A stretch of DNA of 64,000 bases from Myxococcota bacterium. GTDB taxonomy: Bacteria > Myxococcota > JACRCW01. The DNA lies in contig JBFMGU010000023.1 in the NCBI GenBank assembly GCA_040752415.1, positions 349 to 64,348 of the forward strand. The letters run 5' to 3'. The notes under the pieces are model-generated. The model searched no databases. It worked only from the letters and a program-made list of their open reading frames with translations, and was not told the DNA's origin. How positions within the stretch are numbered: position 1 is the stretch's first letter; every line of letters begins with the position of its first letter. The position numbers and the translations under genes were made by a program. Of this stretch, positions 58,996 through 64,000 are shown in pieces.

Positions 58996-60843
58996 GTGGT
59001 GAAGAAACCGCCCGCCGGGAGCGCCAGGGGCCCCGAGGACACCGCGTCCGAGGGAGAGGGACTGGTGCGTCGCAAGCTGACGGGGATTGGCGTCAGTCCC
59101 GGCGTGGCCATTGGCAACGCGTACCTCCTGGACCGGGCCCACCTGCATTTCCCCAAGCGCCACGTCACCGCGCAGGAGGTGGACGCGGAGCTGGCCAAGC
59201 TGGACCAGGCGCTGGCCAAGTCGGTCAACCAGCTGCAGGAGATGGCGGACCGCGTGAAGGGGCCGCTGGGTGAGGACCACTCGCTGATCCTGCAGGCGCA
59301 CATCCTGATGCTGAAGGACCCGCACCTCGTCGACGTGGCGCGGGACGCCATCCGCAAGGATCACCAGAACGCGGAGTGGGCGCTGCGGCGCGCGGTGGCC
59401 ACCGTCAAGCAGACCTTTGACTCGCTCTCCGACGAGTACTTCCGGGAGCGCCGCAGCGACGTGGACTTCGTGGGCGACCGCGTGCTGCGCAACCTGATGG
59501 GCCAGCAGGCGGACGTGCCGGAGAGCCTGCCCAAGGACGCCATCGTGGTGGCGCGGGACCTCTCGCCCGCGGACACCCTCAGCCTGGCGCGCCAGCAGCT
59601 GCGCGGCTTTGTCACGGAAGTGGGCGGGCCAACCAGCCACACGGCCATCCTGGCGCGCGCGCTGTCCATTCCCGCCGTGGTGGGCGTGGAGGGCGTGAGT
59701 GAGCTGCTGGGGAGCGGGGACGCGCTGATCGTCGACGGGAGCCGCGGTGAGGTGCTGATTGCGCCGAGCCGGATGGTGGTGGCCAAGTACCGGGGCATCC
59801 GTCGCCAGCATGAGTTGGCCAACGAGGAGCTGAGCGCGCTGCGGGATGCGCCGGCGGTGACCCTGGACGGGCGCCTCATCCGGATGACCGCCAACATCGA
59901 GCTGGACGAGGAGATCCCGCACGCCATGGCCGCGGGTGCGGAGGGCGTGGGCCTGTACCGCACGGAGTACCTGTTCCTGCATCACCGTCGGGTGCCCACG
60001 GTGGAGGAGCACACGGAGAGCTACACCGCGGTGGCGCAGGGCATGGGCGGCAAGCCCGCCGTGGTGCGCACCTTCGACCTCGGCGGTGACAAGCTCCTCC
60101 CCGGCGGCCAGCTGCTCGCGGAGCACAGCAACGCACTGGGCCTGCGCGCCATCCGTCTGGCGGTGAAGGAGCCGCTGGTGATGCTGACGCAGCTGGAGGG
60201 GATCCTGCGGGCCAGCGCACACGGGCCGCTGCGCATCATGTTGCCCATGGTGGGGAGCGTGGAGGAGCTGCGCCAGGCCAAGCTGATGATCGACGAGTGC
60301 AAGGAGAAGCTGCGCGTGGCCGGCGTCCCGTTCGACGAGCGGATCCCGGTGGGCATGATGATCGAGCTGCCGAGCGCGGTGTGGGTGGCGGAGCACCTGG
60401 CCAAGGAGTGCGACTTCTTCTCCATCGGCACCAATGACCTGATCCAGTACAGCCTCGCCGTCGACCGCCACAACGAGCACGTGGCGCACCTCTACCAACC
60501 GCTGCACCCCGGCATCCTGCGCGCGCTGCACCACACGGTGACGGCGGCGCACGCCGCGGGCATCCGCGTGTCCATGTGCGGGGAGATGGCCGCGGAGGCC
60601 GCGTACGCCGGCGTGCTCTTGGGCCTGGGCCTCGACGAGCTCTCCATGCCCGCCATGGCCATCCCGCGCGTGAAGCACACCATCCGTCACTGGAAGCAGA
60701 CGGACGCGGTGCGGCTGGTGAAGGAGCTGCTTGAGTGCGCCACGGCCAAGGACGTGGAGGTCCTGCTGGTGAGCAACCAGCCCGAGGTGGAGCTCCACCC
60801 CATGGCGCTGAAGCCCAGCGTCGCGCCCGCTGGCTCCGCCTGA
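58996..60843 (+). CDS. ptsI: Phosphoenolpyruvate-protein phosphotransferase (PTS Enzyme I)
   Basis: …GGPTSHTAILARAL… (phospho-His) and …GTNDLIQY…CGEMA… PEP-utilising domains. Confidence 0.9.
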   Translation: MVKKPPAGSARGPEDTASEGEGLVRRKLTGIGVSPGVAIGNAYLLDRAHLHFPKRHVTAQEVDAELAKLDQALAKSVNQLQEMADRVKGPLGEDHSLILQAHILMLKDPHLVDVARDAIRKDHQNAEWALRRAVATVKQTFDSLSDEYFRERRSDVDFVGDRVLRNLMGQQADVPESLPKDAIVVARDLSPADTLSLARQQLRGFVTEVGGPTSHTAILARALSIPAVVGVEGVSELLGSGDALIVDGSRGEVLIAPSRMVVAKYRGIRRQHELANEELSALRDAPAVTLDGRLIRMTANIELDEEIPHAMAAGAEGVGLYRTEYLFLHHRRVPTVEEHTESYTAVAQGMGGKPAVVRTFDLGGDKLLPGGQLLAEHSNALGLRAIRLAVKEPLVMLTQLEGILRASAHGPLRIMLPMVGSVEELRQAKLMIDECKEKLRVAGVPFDERIPVGMMIELPSAVWVAEHLAKECDFFSIGTNDLIQYSLAVDRHNEHVAHLYQPLHPGILRALHHTVTAAHAAGIRVSMCGEMAAEAAYAGVLLGLGLDELSMPAMAIPRVKHTIRHWKQTDAVRLVKELLECATAKDVEVLLVSNQPEVELHPMALKPSVAPAGSA

Positions 60844-60847
60844 GGAA

Positions 60848-63019
60848 TCAATCCACGCAGTAGTGCACCACCACGTCGTGCTCGGTGCCGCGCTGGAGCT
60901 CCTCACACGGCGCCCCGTACAGCTCCACCCCGCGCTCCCCCACGAGATCCCACCCCGCGCGCCGCGCCGGATCCCGCTGCACCACCACGCCATCCAGCGT
61001 GACCTCGACAAGCGCGGGATCATTGGGCGCATCCTCGATGACGAACCGGCACGCGCGGTTGTGCAGCACGATGTCGGTCATGTCCTGCGTCAGCTCCTGC
61101 GCGTTCTCGGGGTGGTAGTACGGCGTCCCGTTCCCGGCGTTGGTCCCGCCCGCGGTGGCCATGCTCTTGAGCACGTTGTCGAGCTCCTGCACCGTGAACT
61201 CGTCGGTGTCGGTGATCCCCGGGAGGCCCACCACGTAGGTGCGCACCCCCTGCCCCGCCACGTCGGAGATGGCGCTGATGGTCCCGCCGTCATCCAGGCA
61301 CAGCTCCGCGGTCTCCCAGCACCCGCCCGGCGTATCCGGACAATTGCACGCCGAGGGGTCCAGGGACGCGTTGCAGTTTGGTGCTCCGTCGGTGGCCAGC
61401 AGCACCAGCGTGGTGGTGTCGGACGGATTGAGCACCAACCAATCGCGCACCAGGGACATGGTGGGGCCAATGGGCGTGCCGCCCCCGGGTCCCGTCGACG
61501 CCAGCGCCTCGGAGATCAACGCCGCGTTCCCCACCGCCGGCTCCACCGCCACGATTCCCGCCTCACACCGCGGACACCCCGACGGCGGCGAGGGCGAATC
61601 ACAGCCCAGGAACGGATTGCCCGCCGGGAACAGCACCAGCCCGAAGGCCGCGTCCTGGTCCAGCCGCGTGGTGACCTCGCGCAAAGCGTCCACGGCGGCA
61701 TCCCAGCGCGTCATCGTGCCCAGGTCGTCGGCCATGGACCCGCTCTTGTCGACGACGAGCAGCACCCGCAGCGGCGCGGCGTCGGTGATCTGCAGCTGCT
61801 CGTCGCGACACTCGCCGGTGGGCGGCACGCACACGCCATCGGCCACCGTGACGGTCTGTCCCGCCATGATCGGCACGTCGAAGTCGCGGTGGAGCTCACC
61901 CTTGTCCACGTCGATGTGGATGTTCCCCGGCTGCAGCCCGGCCAGGTGGAAGCGGCCCGCCTCGTCGGTGTGATCCAGGTATTCGCGCCCGTCCTGCACG
62001 GTGCGCGCGGTGGCCCCCACCAGCCAGCCGCCCACCAGCGGATCACACAGCTGCCCGCGCACGTCGCCGGTGGTCTCCCGCGGAGGCACGGGACACTCCG
62101 CCTGCGGCTGCAACAGCGTGGTCTGCCCCGACGTCACCGTGGCCTGCAGCGTCATGCTCTCCCCGCCCCCGCGCACTTCCAGGGTGTGCTCCCCCGGCGG
62201 CACGCCCTCGATGAGGAAGTGTCCTTCCACGTCGGTGAGGTCCTGCAGCGTGCTCCCGTCGTTGAGACGAATGGTGGCCAGCGCGAGCGCCCACGGCCCG
62301 GTGCCGTTGGTGGCGCACAGCCTTCCCTCGACGACGCCCGTGTTGGACGGATCAAACGGCCTGCAGTTCCCGCCCAGCTCCAGCCGCGTCACCTCGCCCG
62401 CCTCCACGTGCACGGGGTAGCTGCGCTGGAACCCGTCGCCGGTGACGGTGAGCAGGTGATCTCCCTCGCTGACCTCGTCCAGCGCGAAGTAGCCGCCCTG
62501 GTCCGTGGTGGTGCGGTGCTCCTCCCCTGCGTTCGACGTCACCACCATCGCGGCCCCACCCAGCAGCCGCCCGGTGTGCCGGTTGCAGACCTGCCCCTGG
62601 ATCCCACCCTTGCCGGGCGCCAGCGGGAAGTCGATGCACGCGCCGTCCAGCAGCTCCACGGTCTGCCCGTCGGACAGCGTCATGCTCTCCTGGCGGTCGG
62701 TCTGCGGCGCCGCCCCGTCGACGCGGTGGATGACGCGCAGCGTGATCTCCCCCGCGGGCACGTTGGCCAGCTCGGCCTTCCCGTTGGCGTCGCTGGTGGC
62801 GGAGAGCGTGTTGCCCTTGGCTTCCACCTCCAGGGTCTGACCCGGGGCGGGCTGACCGCTCACGGGGTGACACAGCCGGGCCCGCACGGTGCCGGGCAGG
62901 CGCGCCACGCCAAAGTCCTCGTCGCACTGGCAGCTGGCGAAGGGAGCGCCCAGCAGGGCCACCAACGCCACAAGGCGCGCGGGGAAGCGCGGGTGGGAAC
63001 GCAGGGCTGCAGGGAACAT
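60848..63019 (-). CDS. Secreted VWA-domain protein with multiple carboxypeptidase-regulatory-like beta-sandwich repeats
   Basis: Start MFPAALRS… (ATG 63019) with signal LVALVALLGAPFASC. There are repeated …GRLC/GQVC…G…beta modules, and a VWA core LLVVDKSGSMADD…LLATDGAPN. Confidence 0.8.
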   Translation of the reverse strand: MFPAALRSHPRFPARLVALVALLGAPFASCQCDEDFGVARLPGTVRARLCHPVSGQPAPGQTLEVEAKGNTLSATSDANGKAELANVPAGEITLRVIHRVDGAAPQTDRQESMTLSDGQTVELLDGACIDFPLAPGKGGIQGQVCNRHTGRLLGGAAMVVTSNAGEEHRTTTDQGGYFALDEVSEGDHLLTVTGDGFQRSYPVHVEAGEVTRLELGGNCRPFDPSNTGVVEGRLCATNGTGPWALALATIRLNDGSTLQDLTDVEGHFLIEGVPPGEHTLEVRGGGESMTLQATVTSGQTTLLQPQAECPVPPRETTGDVRGQLCDPLVGGWLVGATARTVQDGREYLDHTDEAGRFHLAGLQPGNIHIDVDKGELHRDFDVPIMAGQTVTVADGVCVPPTGECRDEQLQITDAAPLRVLLVVDKSGSMADDLGTMTRWDAAVDALREVTTRLDQDAAFGLVLFPAGNPFLGCDSPSPPSGCPRCEAGIVAVEPAVGNAALISEALASTGPGGGTPIGPTMSLVRDWLVLNPSDTTTLVLLATDGAPNCNASLDPSACNCPDTPGGCWETAELCLDDGGTISAISDVAGQGVRTYVVGLPGITDTDEFTVQELDNVLKSMATAGGTNAGNGTPYYHPENAQELTQDMTDIVLHNRACRFVIEDAPNDPALVEVTLDGVVVQRDPARRAGWDLVGERGVELYGAPCEELQRGTEHDVVVHYCVD

Positions 63020-63227
63020 GGGCCACTCCCGGGGGCGGAAGGAGCGTGAACCTAACACCGGCCCCCCCACCGCGCGACGCAGCCTCGACGTCGACGCCCG
63101 CGCCGGCGCTCTCAGGGGCACGCCGACACCGGGCGTTGGATTCACGCGGGTAGGGGAGAACGTTTCGGCGCCCCAGCGTGGGGACCGACCCCTCCGACGA
63201 CCAACCGCAGAGAGCGGTGGTGCGGGA

Positions 63228-63443
63228 TTACTCTTCCTTCTCGTCCGGCGCGGCGCGCTCGCTGGCGTCGTAGCCCTCGCTGTTCACGGAGGGGAACCGC
63301 GTGATCTCCGCCCGGGCAATGCGCCACGCCTGCTGCACGATCCAGGAGAGCGACCGGTCCTGCCGGTTGGCCTCCTGCTGGATCTCCCGCAGCATTTCCT
63401 CGGGGAAGTACAGGGATTGCTTACGCTTGTCGGAGCTGGCCAT
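63228..63443 (-). CDS. Ribbon-helix-helix (CopG/Arc-like) small DNA-binding protein
   Basis: MASSDKRKQSLYFPEEMLREIQQEANRQDRSLSWIVQQAWRIA…, an RHH pattern, divergent from rpoZ. Confidence 0.6.
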   Translation of the reverse strand: MASSDKRKQSLYFPEEMLREIQQEANRQDRSLSWIVQQAWRIARAEITRFPSVNSEGYDASERAAPDEKEE

Positions 63444-63600
63444 GCATTCCCTCAATGACGACAGATGTAAGGCACCGTAAGTCCTCGTGCCGACGTCGGT
63501 CAAACGCTTTCGTGACCTCGCGTGCGGATGGGCGGGCTCTTGATTCCGGACGGCCGCCCCCGTAAGAGCGTCGGTCCGTTTTCCTCCGCAGGATACCGCC

Positions 63601-63861
63601 ATGGCTCGCGTTACCGTTGAAGACTGTCTGAACTACGTCCCCAACCGCTTCGCACTGGTGCTTCTGGCCACCGGCCGCACGCGCCAGCTGCTGAAGGGCT
63701 CGCGCCCGCTGGTGCCGCACGCCAAGAACAAGGAGGCGGTGCTCTCGCTGCGCGAGATCGCGTCGGGCCGCGTGCACTTTGACCGTGACGTGAACGAGGT
63801 CCTGGCCGCCAAGCTCTCGGATCTGCGCACGCAGACCACGGTGGGCCAGAGCAACTTCTGA
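63601..63861 (+). CDS. rpoZ: DNA-directed RNA polymerase subunit omega
   Basis: [30 protein letters not shown]…. Confidence 0.9.
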   Translation: MARVTVEDCLNYVPNRFALVLLATGRTRQLLKGSRPLVPHAKNKEAVLSLREIASGRVHFDRDVNEVLAAKLSDLRTQTTVGQSNF

Positions 63862-63870
63862 GCGTGATCC

Positions 63871-64000
63871 ATGGCTGATGGGCCGCCGCGGGGCGCCGAA
63901 CCCGCCAAGAACGCGCCCCTGCTGGCGGCCCAAGGCCTCAAGGCCAAGAAATCCTTCGGGCAGAACTTCCTGGAAGATCAGGGAGCGCTGCGTCGCATTG
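63871..64000 (+). CDS. rsmA: 16S rRNA (adenine1518/1519-N6)-dimethyltransferase (partial, 5' end only)
   Basis: …KKSFGQNFLEDQGALRRI matches the RsmA/KsgA N-terminus. It runs off the window. Confidence 0.65.
   Translation, partial: MADGPPRGAEPAKNAPLLAAQGLKAKKSFGQNFLEDQGALRRI

Noticed and set aside
58651-63049. ORFs 58651..61032 (-, 793 aa) and 60863..63049 (+, 728 aa)
   Set aside because: They are the antisense of ptsI and of the VWA lipoprotein gene, respectively.

Overview
This is a 64 kb, roughly 70% GC chromosomal segment that looks myxobacterial (Myxococcaceae-like): the PilQ secretin has three AMIN-like N-terminal repeats, GC3 bias is strong, and lipoproteins and FG-GAP proteins are frequent. 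Long antisense ORFs are pervasive and I treat them as artefacts of the GC content. In the supplied ORF track some ORFs begin with GTG or TTG shown as M, so several starts were re-chosen by signal-peptide or homology logic.

Core content, in order:
- a partial TPR-like secreted protein
- a large FG-GAP beta-propeller protein with a long Ser-rich linker
- a minus-strand operon of secreted proteins, an MBL-fold lipoprotein and a HemD-like protein
- an isolated nuoJ-orf-nuoK trio
- the efp-accB-accC operon
- a complete type IV pilus pilM-N-O-P-Q operon preceded by a tightly coupled XRE-type HTH gene
- a purine nucleoside phosphorylase
- the gap-pgk-tpiA glycolytic operon followed by a GMC oxidoreductase
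- glgA and trxB
- a 1066-aa PHP-like lipoprotein
- a six-gene, translationally coupled operon (36.5-43.6 kb) encoding a small helical protein, an acidic protein, two glutathionylspermidine-synthase-like (circularly permuted ATP-grasp) ligases, an 816-aa protein resembling only the N-terminal glutamylation domain of LanB lantibiotic dehydratases (PEARL-like), and an alpha-oxoamine synthase-family PLP enzyme, with an M61 peptidase abutting its 3' end
- an MFS transporter, a Fic protein, TerC and a RemA-like protein
- a Ser/Thr kinase with two cNMP-binding domains
- a WD40 protein and an orphan antitoxin
- uppS-cdsA, rapZ-ptsH-ptsI, a VWA lipoprotein, rpoZ and the start of rsmA

The LanB-N-like / ATP-grasp / alpha-oxoamine-synthase operon is the best candidate for an undescribed peptide-derived natural-product pathway.

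Non-coding curiosities:
- a 10 x 21-bp phased repeat array after cdsA
- a nested hairpin with tandem TTCTGACTTC copies before the WD40 gene
- an AT-rich island with a TGATGCATCA palindrome upstream of the pil operon

No rRNA, tRNA, CRISPR or transposase genes were recognised.
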